A stretch of 64,000 nucleotides of DNA from Candidatus Latescibacterota bacterium (GTDB lineage Bacteria; Latescibacterota; UBA2968): assembly GCA_965204375.1 (NCBI GenBank), contig OZ241986.1, forward strand, positions 3,168,001 to 3,232,000, read 5' to 3'. Below the pieces are notes generated by a model. That model was not told the origin of the DNA, ran no database searches, and saw only the letters and a list, made by a program, of their open reading frames with translations. Made by a program: the position numbers and the translations under genes. Positions 37,710 to 47,071 of this stretch are shown in pieces (the stretch's first letter is position 1; each line of letters starts with the position of its first letter).

Positions 37710-38720
37710 CTAAAACCGCGACCCTTCAAATTGTCCAAACGGCGACAAAACCCCGACACTATCACCTACTTTCTCCAGCAGGTCGCGATGCTCATCGGTC
37801 ATGGGAATACCGATCTCGCGGTGCTCTCTTTCCCATTGCCATTCCATGCCGCCGGCCAACTCGGCGCGATCATGCCCCGGCAGGGGTTTTGTGGCGCGCG
37901 CCTCGCCGACATAGAGATCCATCTCCTGCTTAAACGCCTCCACATCTGCAAATCGCCTCACATCAAACACCGCAATAAACGCACCTTGATGTGGCGCTGC
38001 ACCTTCACCTTCACCGGTAAACTCATACCCTTCATTCCAGATACCGGCCAAAATCCCTCCCATCGCCTGCAGCACAGCCGCCAGCCCCAAACCCTTGAAA
38101 ACTGCCGCGGGAAACTTCTCAAATGATTCTTCACTGTAAGGGATAAAGTGCGCCGCCATATCCATAACCAGAGGGGGTTGTTCCCCAGTGGGTACGGCAA
38201 TGCTAATCGGCGACCCACCCGACGCACTCATAACCGTCGCATCTGGACGCGGGCGATAGCGATGAGAAGACAGGGCCATCCCAATACAATCGCTGGCAAG
38301 CACCATGCGGGAATAATTGCCCGCCGCGCCAAAGTGGAAGTGATTCCGCGTCGTCACCGTACTCACCCCCACCTTTAACGCCTTTTCAATCGCCATCTCC
38401 GTTCCCCGATGCGAGGGGAAATACCCCAACCCGCCATCCCCATCCAGTATAGCCGTCGCCTCGGACTCGGACACCACCGTCACATTGGGTCTCGGATTGG
38501 TATGCCCATTCTTCATTTCGGATATATAACTATGCACCTGGCGCGTGCCGTGACTGAATACACAGCGCAAATCATTTGCCGTCAACGTAACCGCCATGTG
38601 CTGCGCGTGTTCTTCGGACGTACCCACAGCGAGAAAAAGCGCGCGTACAAATGATTCCATCACCTCACATGGCACGCGAATCCCGTGATCTGGATGTGAA
38701 TTGAACAATCGCGATGGCAT
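37710..38720 (-). CDS. Ldh_2 family (malate/L-lactate/ureidoglycolate-type) oxidoreductase
   Basis: 'DLRCVFSHG', 'LDGDGGLG', 'HFGAAGNY', 'VMDMA', 'KGLGL'. Confidence 0.85.
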   Translation of the reverse strand: MPSRLFNSHPDHGIRVPCEVMESFVRALFLAVGTSEEHAQHMAVTLTANDLRCVFSHGTRQVHSYISEMKNGHTNPRPNVTVVSESEATAILDGDGGLGYFPSHRGTEMAIEKALKVGVSTVTTRNHFHFGAAGNYSRMVLASDCIGMALSSHRYRPRPDATVMSASGGSPISIAVPTGEQPPLVMDMAAHFIPYSEESFEKFPAAVFKGLGLAAVLQAMGGILAGIWNEGYEFTGEGEGAAPHQGAFIAVFDVRRFADVEAFKQEMDLYVGEARATKPLPGHDRAELAGGMEWQWEREHREIGIPMTDEHRDLLEKVGDSVGVLSPFGQFEGSRF

Positions 38721-38732
38721 AAATCCTCCTTC

Positions 38733-40208
38733 TCACGCATGCCATTGAATCTGGGGCATATCGGATTTTGGGGGTGGGGGCCAGTGCAGCCCGCGCTGGC
38801 TGGTCAGCCCCCGGTTGGGACCGGGGTGATACGGCTGGTCTGGCAGGCCCACCAATTGTCCATTCTCGACCCATGCTTCATCCTCGCCGTAAAGTTCGCC
38901 AATCAAAAGCTCGGTCAACCGCGTCAGGGCCTCGGCGTGTTGCGGATCGGACGACAAATCCACGAGTTCACAGGGATCGTTTTTCAGATCAAAAAGCTGT
39001 CGAAAATTTCCCACAGAATAGTAAATCAACTTGTAGCGTCCATCGCAAATCATCCGCGTCGCGTGGGCATCTTCGCCAACCTCGCCGTAAAACCAATCCC
39101 GCTTCTGCTCGCCAACCATCGACATTCCCTCCACAGTATCGGGAATATCTACACCTGCCAGATCCAACAACGTGGGCATCACATCTTGCCACCCCACCAG
39201 GCGATCATCCACGCGATTGAACCCAACCCGCTCATCGCCAGCAGTACCGAGCAAAATCATTGGAATATTGGCCGACCCCTCGTAGAAAAGCCGCTTCGCC
39301 AACATATTGTGATTGCCCAACATATCGCCGTGATCCGACGTAAAACAAATAATCGTATTGTCGAGCAAACCTTCCTCCCTCAGCGTACCAATCAACACGC
39401 GCAGACTGTGGTCAATGTGGGTACACAGGGCATAAAACGCACGCCGCGCCATCTCGATTTGAACCGCACTGTGCTTGTCTCCTCGCGCAGTCATTGATTG
39501 GAGACTATAGGGAAGATTGCCAGACCGAACCCAATCGCCCATAAACGGCGTATCCATCTCCATATCCCGATAAAAATCCAGGTACTTCTGCAACGGCACG
39601 ATCGGAGGATGTGGATGCCGATAGGAAATAAACCAAAACGATGGACGCGTGGGATCTCGCCTTTTAATAAATCGCGCCATATTCTGAGTCGCCCAATTTG
39701 TCGCATGGGTTTCGTCGGGCAAATGCCAGGGCACCGCACCATACTCGTTATTGCTCATACCGTGATTAAAGTGCTCGCCCGCATAGCCCTGATCGCCTAA
39801 AAAAAGCTCGTAATCGTCGAGAACCCCGTACTGCGTGCGTCCCTCTTCGTCTAAAATCACATCGTCAAACCCAATGCGATCCCGCTGTGGAAACACATGC
39901 AACTTGCCCACGGCATACGCCTGATATCCCGCATCGCGAAAGGTCTGCGCCAGAGTTGGCATATCGGGCATTTCGAGTGTCTCCTTAAACACGCGATCCC
40001 CGTGTGTTCGCGGCGTGGTACCCATCATCAACGTGCGCCGCGCTGGAATGCACACCGGACATTCGGCATAACAATTGGAAAAACGCACACCACTTCGCGC
40101 CAATTCATCCAGCGTCGGCGTCTGAATAACAGGATGACCATCACATCCCAAAAGATGCGCCGGCCAGTGGTCTGTCGAAATCAACAAGACATTCGGTTGC
40201 ACAGACAT
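38733..40208 (-). CDS. sulfatase (S1, Cys-type)
   Basis: 'PNVLLISTD', 'CIPAR', 'GKLH', 'SDHGDMLG'. Confidence 0.93.
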   Translation of the reverse strand: MSVQPNVLLISTDHWPAHLLGCDGHPVIQTPTLDELARSGVRFSNCYAECPVCIPARRTLMMGTTPRTHGDRVFKETLEMPDMPTLAQTFRDAGYQAYAVGKLHVFPQRDRIGFDDVILDEEGRTQYGVLDDYELFLGDQGYAGEHFNHGMSNNEYGAVPWHLPDETHATNWATQNMARFIKRRDPTRPSFWFISYRHPHPPIVPLQKYLDFYRDMEMDTPFMGDWVRSGNLPYSLQSMTARGDKHSAVQIEMARRAFYALCTHIDHSLRVLIGTLREEGLLDNTIICFTSDHGDMLGNHNMLAKRLFYEGSANIPMILLGTAGDERVGFNRVDDRLVGWQDVMPTLLDLAGVDIPDTVEGMSMVGEQKRDWFYGEVGEDAHATRMICDGRYKLIYYSVGNFRQLFDLKNDPCELVDLSSDPQHAEALTRLTELLIGELYGEDEAWVENGQLVGLPDQPYHPGPNRGLTSQRGLHWPPPPKSDMPQIQWHA

Positions 40209-40279
40209 AAAATTCCTCGCATTTTGGTTAGTCACTATTAACCCCTTCTCACCTCTTTGACGAGCCGTAATACACAGAC

Positions 40280-40308
40280 TTGACACCGTGCAAAAGGTTC
40301 GCTAAGTT
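40280..40308 (+). promoter_or_regulatory. sigma70-like promoter
   Basis: TTGACA-17 bp-TAAGTT upstream of gene at 40359. Confidence 0.6.
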
Positions 40309-40358
40309 CGAGTATGAGCAGTTATTTTTGAAAAAGCTGCGTTTTATGGGAGATTGCC

Positions 40359-41498
40359 ATGGCGACAATTGTTGATGGCAAAAAAAGGATTCCATTTTTG
40401 CGGGGCATGCTGGCGCATTATTTAATCGAGCATGGATTCGCATTTCAAGAGGCATACAAATTCGCAGATGGCATCCGTCGGTCACTTCAAAAAGCGAAAG
40501 ACATCAACGCCGAAGATATGGCCGATCTGGTGCGCAAACAGGTGCAACGCGAATTTGGTGATCGGATAATTGGCGATGCCATTTTTTGGGAACCCACATC
40601 GCGGCAAATTTTTATCGAAGAAGGCGAAGATAGAACACTATTTTCTCTGGAGCGGCTCGCCGATTCACTCGAAGCTATTGGGCTGGATCACGACCTCACA
40701 CACCAGATTGCCTCAGAGGTCGAGCAACAACTTTCGCGGTCACAAGGCACGGTAATTAAGCGATCACAGATCTTTAAAATCACACTGAAAAGCTTAAAAG
40801 ATGGCTATGGATCTCAGTATGCCGAGCGCTATGAGGCATGGTATCGATTTCGCAAGGATCGACAACACAAGCCACTCATTATTCTCATCAGCGGCGCGAC
40901 TGGGGTAGGCAAAACATCCGTGGGAGTGGCATTGGCCAACCAGCTAAAAATTTCGCGTGTCGCATCCACCGATGCCATTCGACAGATTATGCGGTTGATG
41001 ATCGCACCCGAACTGATGCCCGCGTTGCACGCCTCCTCATTTTCTGCCTGGCAACATACGGGCGCGGAGTTGGCCGGTGAGAACCCACCGGTTGTACAGG
41101 CATTTCGCGAACAAGCTGTTCGCGTTGGCGTTGGCGTGCGAGCGATGATTGAGCGCGCCGTTGAAGAGCATGTCAACTTGATAATTGACGGGGTACATCT
41201 CCTGCCCGATTTGATCGATTTGAGCACCTATAAAGATCAGGCAACATTTATCTGGATGATTTTGTACCTGGATGACAAAAAGCAATATGTCGAGCGTTTT
41301 GAATTTCGCAGTGAAGAAGCAATGCAAAGAACATCGCACCACTATGTAGAAAACCTCGATGCCATTTTACAGATTCAGCAACATATCTTAGAGGTGGGCG
41401 AAGCCCATCGCATCATAACCGTTGAGAATGCAAATTTTGACGAAACCGTGCAATCGCTCTCAGCACACATTATGGATGTGTTGCGAAAACGCTACTGA
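40359..41498 (+). CDS. 2-phosphoglycerate kinase-like protein with ATP-cone domains
   Basis: ATP-cone-like 'PFLRGMLA' and 'FSLERLADSL'; P-loop 'GATGVGKT', 'STDAIRQIMR', 'LHASSF', 'DGVHLLP'. Confidence 0.8.
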   Translation: MATIVDGKKRIPFLRGMLAHYLIEHGFAFQEAYKFADGIRRSLQKAKDINAEDMADLVRKQVQREFGDRIIGDAIFWEPTSRQIFIEEGEDRTLFSLERLADSLEAIGLDHDLTHQIASEVEQQLSRSQGTVIKRSQIFKITLKSLKDGYGSQYAERYEAWYRFRKDRQHKPLIILISGATGVGKTSVGVALANQLKISRVASTDAIRQIMRLMIAPELMPALHASSFSAWQHTGAELAGENPPVVQAFREQAVRVGVGVRAMIERAVEEHVNLIIDGVHLLPDLIDLSTYKDQATFIWMILYLDDKKQYVERFEFRSEEAMQRTSHHYVENLDAILQIQQHILEVGEAHRIITVENANFDETVQSLSAHIMDVLRKRY

Positions 41499-41505
41499 TA
41501 CCCAC

Positions 41506-41811
41506 TCATTTTCTAATAATCACAGCGTATTGAAGCGGGCCATCGCCAATATTTTTTATCCCGTGCAAAATACTGCATTCGAGATGCATAGCTTCACCCG
41601 TATTGACCGGATGTGTTTGGTCGCCGTACAGAACTTCGCCATTGCCATTGATGACATAGAAAATCTCCCAACCATCGTGCCGGTGTGGCGGGTGAGCGCG
41701 CTGGCCTGGACCCACTTCTGAAACATGCAAGTGCAGACGGTCGGCATCTGTACCTTCGGTAAACAAAAAACGAGAAATGCCCTTGATATCGGTGCGGGTT
41801 TCGACAGACAT
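41506..41811 (-). CDS. cupin domain protein
   Basis: 'HPPHRHDGWEIFYV..G.G', 'HGIKNIG'. Confidence 0.85.
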   Translation of the reverse strand: MSVETRTDIKGISRFLFTEGTDADRLHLHVSEVGPGQRAHPPHRHDGWEIFYVINGNGEVLYGDQTHPVNTGEAMHLECSILHGIKNIGDGPLQYAVIIRK

Positions 41812-41828
41812 AGATGAACTCCTGAAAA

Positions 41829-42080
41829 TTAATGGGGATGGTCGTCGCAGTCGGGGCGGTTGGGATCATCGGTAAACGTACCTGTATCGAGATATTCGAG
41901 AGCCTTAGTATAACTACGGCGCTCGAGAAAATGTCTGAGTTGTGCCGGCGTATCGCGATCAAGGCTGCGCTGAATATCGTCGAGTTTGAGCAAATGCTCG
42001 GCGATATTTTCTTTTTTATCAATAGCCTCAAACATCGCAATGAGTGTGGATCGAATATCTGTAGCTTGATCTGAGGTCAT
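41829..42080 (-). CDS. small hypothetical protein
   Basis: GGAGG RBS; helical 83 aa with 'LRHFLERRSY.KAL.YL'. Confidence 0.7.
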   Translation of the reverse strand: MTSDQATDIRSTLIAMFEAIDKKENIAEHLLKLDDIQRSLDRDTPAQLRHFLERRSYTKALEYLDTGTFTDDPNRPDCDDHPH

Positions 42081-42200
42081 ACGCCCTCCATTGTATTTAG
42101 AATTGTAAAAAATAGGCGTGTATAAAGAACGCCCGTCAAAATGGACTGCTATTGCAGTTGTACACCAAATAACGGGCGTTTACTTATCATCTCACGAGTC

Positions 42201-42584
42201 TCAAACTTTTGCATCAGAACAAATCTTTGAAAATACCGAGCGATAGTGATATAGCAGGTAGAGTTCAAGAAAGAAAATGAACAAGCCCATCAGAAAGCCC
42301 GCTGGGTCGAGAAAAATATGAAAGAGAAAGATATTCACGACAATGGGCGCGAGAAGCAAGAGGGCAAACGGAATACAAATGCCAATCAGGAGCATAATCC
42401 CACCCACCAACTCCACAATTTTTATGAAATAGAACATATAGCCCGAATCCATCAGTGCTCCGAGGAATGCGCCAGCCTCTGGAGTAGGCTCTGGCATGGG
42501 CAAAAAGGGCACAAAGAAATTGATGCTGAACACAGTAAAAATCAGCCCCAGTATAATGCGAGCGATCAGTGGCAACTTACTCAT
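42201..42584 (-). CDS. DoxX family membrane protein
   Basis: 'ARIILGLIF', 'ELVGG..LL', 'PIVVNIFLFH'. Confidence 0.85.
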   Translation of the reverse strand: MSKLPLIARIILGLIFTVFSINFFVPFLPMPEPTPEAGAFLGALMDSGYMFYFIKIVELVGGIMLLIGICIPFALLLLAPIVVNIFLFHIFLDPAGFLMGLFIFFLELYLLYHYRSVFSKICSDAKV

Positions 42585-42610
42585 AATGTCCTCCCTGAAG
42601 AGATAGGATT

Positions 42611-42985
42611 TCATTTGAACTTTGCAGGCGATACATCACCTTGCCCACGCATGAATTGTCGAACTTCAATCCGCGTACATTGAAGTGCGCGTTTTAAGTG
42701 AGTCAAAGCGCGTCTCGGTCTGGTCTGCGTGCCACATGTGAACAGATCAACCGCTGCAAAACCCTGCTCTGGCCAGGTGTGGATGGTCAGATGGCTCTCC
42801 TGAATGACTACAACACCCGATACACCAAAGGGCGAAAAGTGATGAAACATACTATTGATTACCGTAGCACCTGCGCGTTGGGCAGCTTCAACCATAACCG
42901 CTTCAAGTGCGGCGACATCATTGAGCAGATCGGCGGGGCAACCGTGCAGATCGACGAGCAGATGTTTGCTCAGTGCATGGGACAT
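42611..42985 (-). CDS. speD: S-adenosylmethionine decarboxylase proenzyme
   Basis: 'FHHFSPFGVSGVVVIQESHLTIHTWPE', 'DLFTCG'. Confidence 0.93.
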   Translation of the reverse strand: MSHALSKHLLVDLHGCPADLLNDVAALEAVMVEAAQRAGATVINSMFHHFSPFGVSGVVVIQESHLTIHTWPEQGFAAVDLFTCGTQTRPRRALTHLKRALQCTRIEVRQFMRGQGDVSPAKFK

Positions 42986-42993
42986 AGGCTCAT

Positions 42994-43764
42994 TCAGGAT
43001 AAAATTTTTTCGACATATACACGCGCTGCAGCACAAGCCTGGGCAGGTTCGCCCCAGGTGACTTTTTCCAATTCAATGACGAGTTCACCCTCATAACCCA
43101 CGCCTTTGAGAATACCGATAACATCCTCAAAAGGCAAATCGCCCTCGCCAAAAGGCACGGGTATTTCCCCCTTCTGATCTCTCAGATGAACAAGGCCAAT
43201 GCGATCGGCAAAAGCTTCTGCAAAAGCGCGCACATCAACCCCTGCTGAAAGAAGATGCCCCGTATCCATCAGCACCCTGGCGCGATCGGGAAGCTCGGGC
43301 AAAATGCCCTGATAATCTTCGATATTCTCGAACAAATTCCCCTTGTGATTGCCTATGTTGAGGGTAAAGTTGGAGATGCGCTCGAGCACGTGATTAATAC
43401 CCGTAATAAAATCCTCCCGCGCTTCGTTTGTGCGATCACCGCCTTTGAGATTGGCACACTGTAGTCGCAGAGCGCGAGAAAGATGGATATCCCATTCGAC
43501 CTGGCGCATATTGTATCCCAAATCGCGTTCGTCCTTACTGGAATTGCGTCCCGTGATATTGCGAATATTGAGGCCCGTGAGCGTAACGCCCGCATTGTCC
43601 AGACGCTCGCGCACCATACGCACCGATGTATCCACGTGAACCGGCGAACTCTCGGTAAACGTGCGAAAAAGTTCAATGCGATCAAAACCCGCTGCTGTAG
43701 CAACGTTCAGCGCATCGGGCAAAAGTAAATCGGGACAAACAGTGGTGCTAAAAGTAAGTTGCAT
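42994..43764 (-). CDS. sugar phosphate isomerase/epimerase (xylose-isomerase-like TIM barrel)
   Basis: 'AGFDRIEL', 'MDTGH', 'VHLRD', 'PFGEGDLP', 'VIELE'. Confidence 0.85.
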   Translation of the reverse strand: MQLTFSTTVCPDLLLPDALNVATAAGFDRIELFRTFTESSPVHVDTSVRMVRERLDNAGVTLTGLNIRNITGRNSSKDERDLGYNMRQVEWDIHLSRALRLQCANLKGGDRTNEAREDFITGINHVLERISNFTLNIGNHKGNLFENIEDYQGILPELPDRARVLMDTGHLLSAGVDVRAFAEAFADRIGLVHLRDQKGEIPVPFGEGDLPFEDVIGILKGVGYEGELVIELEKVTWGEPAQACAAARVYVEKILS

Positions 43765-43826
43765 AAGGGTATCTCTATAAAAAAGTTGTCTGCAGCCAGT
43801 AGTCAGTTCCCCCATCCCCTCACATC

Positions 43827-44201
43827 TCACCTCAGATAAAGCACAACATCATCACCCTCGGCCTCCACGCGATAGGTACGCACGCGCAAATCGTCATCTG
43901 TAATAGACTTACCTGTCTTCAACTCAAACTCCCAGTTGTGCCAGGGGCACTTGATAATTTCGTTTTCGCGTTCATGCCCGATATCGGTAAAACGCCCACC
44001 GCCCACCTCTTCGCCCTCCCAAACGACCAATGGGCGTACACGGCCCTTGCAGAGCGGACCCAAGCGGTGGGGGCAGATATTGCGCAGGGCATAGAGATTA
44101 CCATCCACATTGAGAACACCAATTTCCCGGTTATTAATCGTCACAATTTTGCGCTCGCCAGGGGGCAGATCCGCTATTTTCGCTACCCTGTGTTTCGACA
44201 T
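43827..44201 (-). CDS. Rieske [2Fe-2S] ferredoxin
   Basis: 'CPH' and 'CPWH' ligand motifs. Confidence 0.92.
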   Translation of the reverse strand: MSKHRVAKIADLPPGERKIVTINNREIGVLNVDGNLYALRNICPHRLGPLCKGRVRPLVVWEGEEVGGGRFTDIGHERENEIIKCPWHNWEFELKTGKSITDDDLRVRTYRVEAEGDDVVLYLR

Positions 44202-45313
44202 CAGAAAAGCCCAAATATTTCGCTGGCATTCTCGCCCATAATACGCCTTTTCAGATCGCTGTCAATATTGCGAAGGACATGACCGGGCTCATCCCAGTCC
44301 CAATGTGGATAATCACTGGCAAAAACAAGGGTATCTTCGGCGTGCATCCAGCGCAGATAGGTTTCCAGATCTTCTTTTCCGCCGGGTATATCGGGCATAG
44401 GTTGCGTGCCCAGGCGGATGTGCTCGCGAATATATTCGCTGGGCAGACGTTTGACCCACGGCGTGTAATCTCGCAGCGCGCGCCAATCGAGATCGAGGTG
44501 CCACATAAGACCCGGCAGCCAGAAAGTATCCATCTCGACAAATATAAAGTGGAAATTCTGGAATTTCTCAAACACGCCCTCCACCACGAGACTCGTGACG
44601 TGAGCCTGTGCAATTTGGGGCCGCGCCATGCGCATCTCGAGATAATAGGTGGGATATCCCGCAGCAGTGGGCGGTGCTGCAAGACCCGCGCCTTCAGCCC
44701 CAAAATGAACCGAAACGGGCAACCCGTGTCTCTCACAGGCCTCGTAAATGGGATGGTAGTGGCGGTTGCCAAAAGGCATGCGGGCACCCGCGGGCATCAT
44801 AACCTGCACAAAATCCGGATCGGAACCCAGACGGTCAATTTCCACTACCGCGAGTTGCGGATCTACAGGACAAATATGAATCGAAGCCCGAAACCGCGGA
44901 TCGGCACTGATCCAGTGGTCTTTTGTCCAATCGTTAAACGCACTGCAATAAGCCGATGCGTAATCCGGGTTGTTGTGAACAGCTGCTGCATAAGGCCCAC
45001 CCGTGAGAACCGCGTAATCTATATCATACACATCGAGATGCTTCTCAATACAAACCTGTGGCTGATGGGCGGGATTTTCCTTTGGATCTTCCCACAAATC
45101 TTTTCGCGCACCGCCTCCCGGCATATTCGTATATCCGAGCCTGGGCATCATCGTACCAAAATCTTTGATATACTCGACAAAGTGGCGCGGCATATACGGA
45201 TAGAGCGCGTCACCCTTGTCCGGAGAATGGTGTACATCGCAATCTACAATCGTCATTTTTGTAAGAGCATTAGCCCTTCCATTGGCGCGCGGAGCAGTTG
45301 TAGTAGCAGACAT
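44201..45313 (-). CDS. Amidohydro_2-fold protein, probable amidohydrolase-related dinuclear oxygenase
   Basis: 'VDCDVH', 'VHFG', 'EGVFEKF', 'FVE', 'TQP', 'FASDYPHWDWD'; stop overlaps Rieske start. Confidence 0.8.
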   Translation of the reverse strand: MSATTTAPRANGRANALTKMTIVDCDVHHSPDKGDALYPYMPRHFVEYIKDFGTMMPRLGYTNMPGGGARKDLWEDPKENPAHQPQVCIEKHLDVYDIDYAVLTGGPYAAAVHNNPDYASAYCSAFNDWTKDHWISADPRFRASIHICPVDPQLAVVEIDRLGSDPDFVQVMMPAGARMPFGNRHYHPIYEACERHGLPVSVHFGAEGAGLAAPPTAAGYPTYYLEMRMARPQIAQAHVTSLVVEGVFEKFQNFHFIFVEMDTFWLPGLMWHLDLDWRALRDYTPWVKRLPSEYIREHIRLGTQPMPDIPGGKEDLETYLRWMHAEDTLVFASDYPHWDWDEPGHVLRNIDSDLKRRIMGENASEIFGLF

Positions 45314-45338
45314 CGCAACCTCCTATGTGATGGTCAGG

Positions 45339-45367
45339 AGAATAGATTACTTCCTTTTTAATGTCAA
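45339..45367 (-). promoter_or_regulatory. sigma70-like promoter for the amidohydrolase-Rieske operon
   Basis: TTGACA-17 bp-TATTCT, then GGAGG RBS. Confidence 0.7.
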
Positions 45368-45368
45368 G

Positions 45369-46115
45369 TCAAACGATATCAAACGTACGAGCCACCACCC
45401 AATCGGGTCGGGGACTATCCACCGCACGGGGCTTATTGGATATGGCATTGTACGCAATAATAAATGTCTTGCGAGGTAATGGCGACATATTGTGACCAGA
45501 GCCATGCACGATATTGCAATCAAAAAACAGCACATCGCCCGGTTTTCCCGTAATATGCTCAATATCTTCCTCACAGATTTTTTCTTTCAGAGTATCTGTA
45601 TCAATACACCACTGCTTATAGCTCGTCGTAACCGTATCCGCATAGTGCTCTTGACGTCCCCATTTATGAGACCCGGATACCACCATCAAACAGCCATTGT
45701 TGAGCGTGGCCCGATCGAGAAAAACCATAGCGGATACGAGACGCGGATCAACCCCATCCCACATCCAGTACCCATAGTCCTGATGCCACAGCCAGACCGT
45801 GCCCTCAAAAGCATCCTTGACATTGAGTTTCGAGTGCCAGATATACACATCGTCTTTGAGAACCTGCCGAACGGGATGCAGGATTTTGGGATGACTGATA
45901 AGCTCCTGAAAAGCGTCAACACTCCGATGGGCGAGATAAACCTGACGCACAGCCCCACCGCGTTCGCGTTCCCGATGCAACCCGTCGTTCTCTCCACTGA
46001 GCAAAAGCGGAACATCGCCATTGAGTGCATCGACCTCGTCGGATGAAAGCAGACCGGGCATAAAAAGATAACCCTGTTCATCGTATCGTGCGAGTTGTTC
46101 ATCTGTCCATTTCAT
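45369..46115 (-). CDS. phytanoyl-CoA dioxygenase family Fe(II)/2OG enzyme (ectoine-hydroxylase-like)
   Basis: 'WHQDYGYW', 'NGCL..V.GSH', 'HGSG.N.S..PR'. Confidence 0.88.
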   Translation of the reverse strand: MKWTDEQLARYDEQGYLFMPGLLSSDEVDALNGDVPLLLSGENDGLHRERERGGAVRQVYLAHRSVDAFQELISHPKILHPVRQVLKDDVYIWHSKLNVKDAFEGTVWLWHQDYGYWMWDGVDPRLVSAMVFLDRATLNNGCLMVVSGSHKWGRQEHYADTVTTSYKQWCIDTDTLKEKICEEDIEHITGKPGDVLFFDCNIVHGSGHNMSPLPRKTFIIAYNAISNKPRAVDSPRPDWVVARTFDIV

Positions 46116-46127
46116 GGGTAACTCCTA

Positions 46128-46964
46128 TTACTGAACGAGTTTGATCTCAAACAATTTGGGCCACCACTTGCCCGTAACAAAAATGCGGTCAGTCGCGGCA
46201 TCATAGGCAATGCCATTTAGCACGCCAACGCGGTGGTGCAAGCGATCGGTTTGAGAGAGAATACCCGTGAGATTAATCCATCCCGTAACCTTACCGCTTT
46301 TGGGGTCAATGCGGGCAATGCGATCGGTTTGCCACACATTTGCGAAAATCTGTCCCTTGATATATTCAAGCTCGTTGAGATAATGAACAGGCCCCGTACT
46401 ATCGGTCACTTCAATACGCCCAATTTCCCTGAATGTATTGGGATCTCGAAAATAAATAATATTCGTACCATCGCTCATAATCAGCTTTTCGCCATCGTGC
46501 GTAAGCCCCCAGCCCTCCGTAGAATATGTAAATTTGACCTGTAACTCAAATGTGTTCTTGTCGTACACAAAGCATATACCTGATTTCCACGTAAGTTGAT
46601 ACAGGCGGTCGCCAAAAATCGCGACACCCTCGCCAAAAAAATTGGACGCAATGCTTTTCTGCGTCAAAACCGCGCCTGTGGCGGGCACAACCTTGCGAAT
46701 GGTTGAAGCACCGTAGTTTCCGGTACCTTCATAAAAAAAACCATCTTCAAAAACCAAACCCTGAGTAAAAGCATTGGGATCGTGTAAATAGGTATTGACA
46801 ATAGTGTAGGTATAGATGGACGGAAGCGCAGATTCAGAAGAAGAGGAATCTGCACCTGGAAGAGGCGGCGTCTGGTTGCACATCGAAAAAAAGAAAATGC
46901 ACCAACAAATAGAGAAAACGCGAACACATCTTTTGGCATTGGCAATCAATGATTTAATTCCCAA
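46128..46964 (-). CDS. glutaminyl-peptide cyclotransferase (plant/bacterial type), probable lipoprotein; start uncertain
   Basis: 'HDPNAFTQGL', 'FFGEG', 'QLTWK', 'EGWGLT', 'LNELE', 'VLNGIAY', 'TGKWW'. Confidence 0.92.
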   Translation of the reverse strand: MGIKSLIANAKRCVRVFSICWCIFFFSMCNQTPPLPGADSSSSESALPSIYTYTIVNTYLHDPNAFTQGLVFEDGFFYEGTGNYGASTIRKVVPATGAVLTQKSIASNFFGEGVAIFGDRLYQLTWKSGICFVYDKNTFELQVKFTYSTEGWGLTHDGEKLIMSDGTNIIYFRDPNTFREIGRIEVTDSTGPVHYLNELEYIKGQIFANVWQTDRIARIDPKSGKVTGWINLTGILSQTDRLHHRVGVLNGIAYDAATDRIFVTGKWWPKLFEIKLVQ

Positions 46965-47071
46965 AAATTTTCATGTGCCTGGACAGTTGGTGTGACTCTT
47001 GTTAAATATACGATTATGGTGCATAATACTCAAGTAGATGAATATCCGAAAAACGCGAATGGAGGTTAATT

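Noticed and set aside
45369-46115. Calling this gene ectD
   Set aside because: It has WHQD rather than the EctD signature WHSDFETWH, and there is no ectABC nearby.
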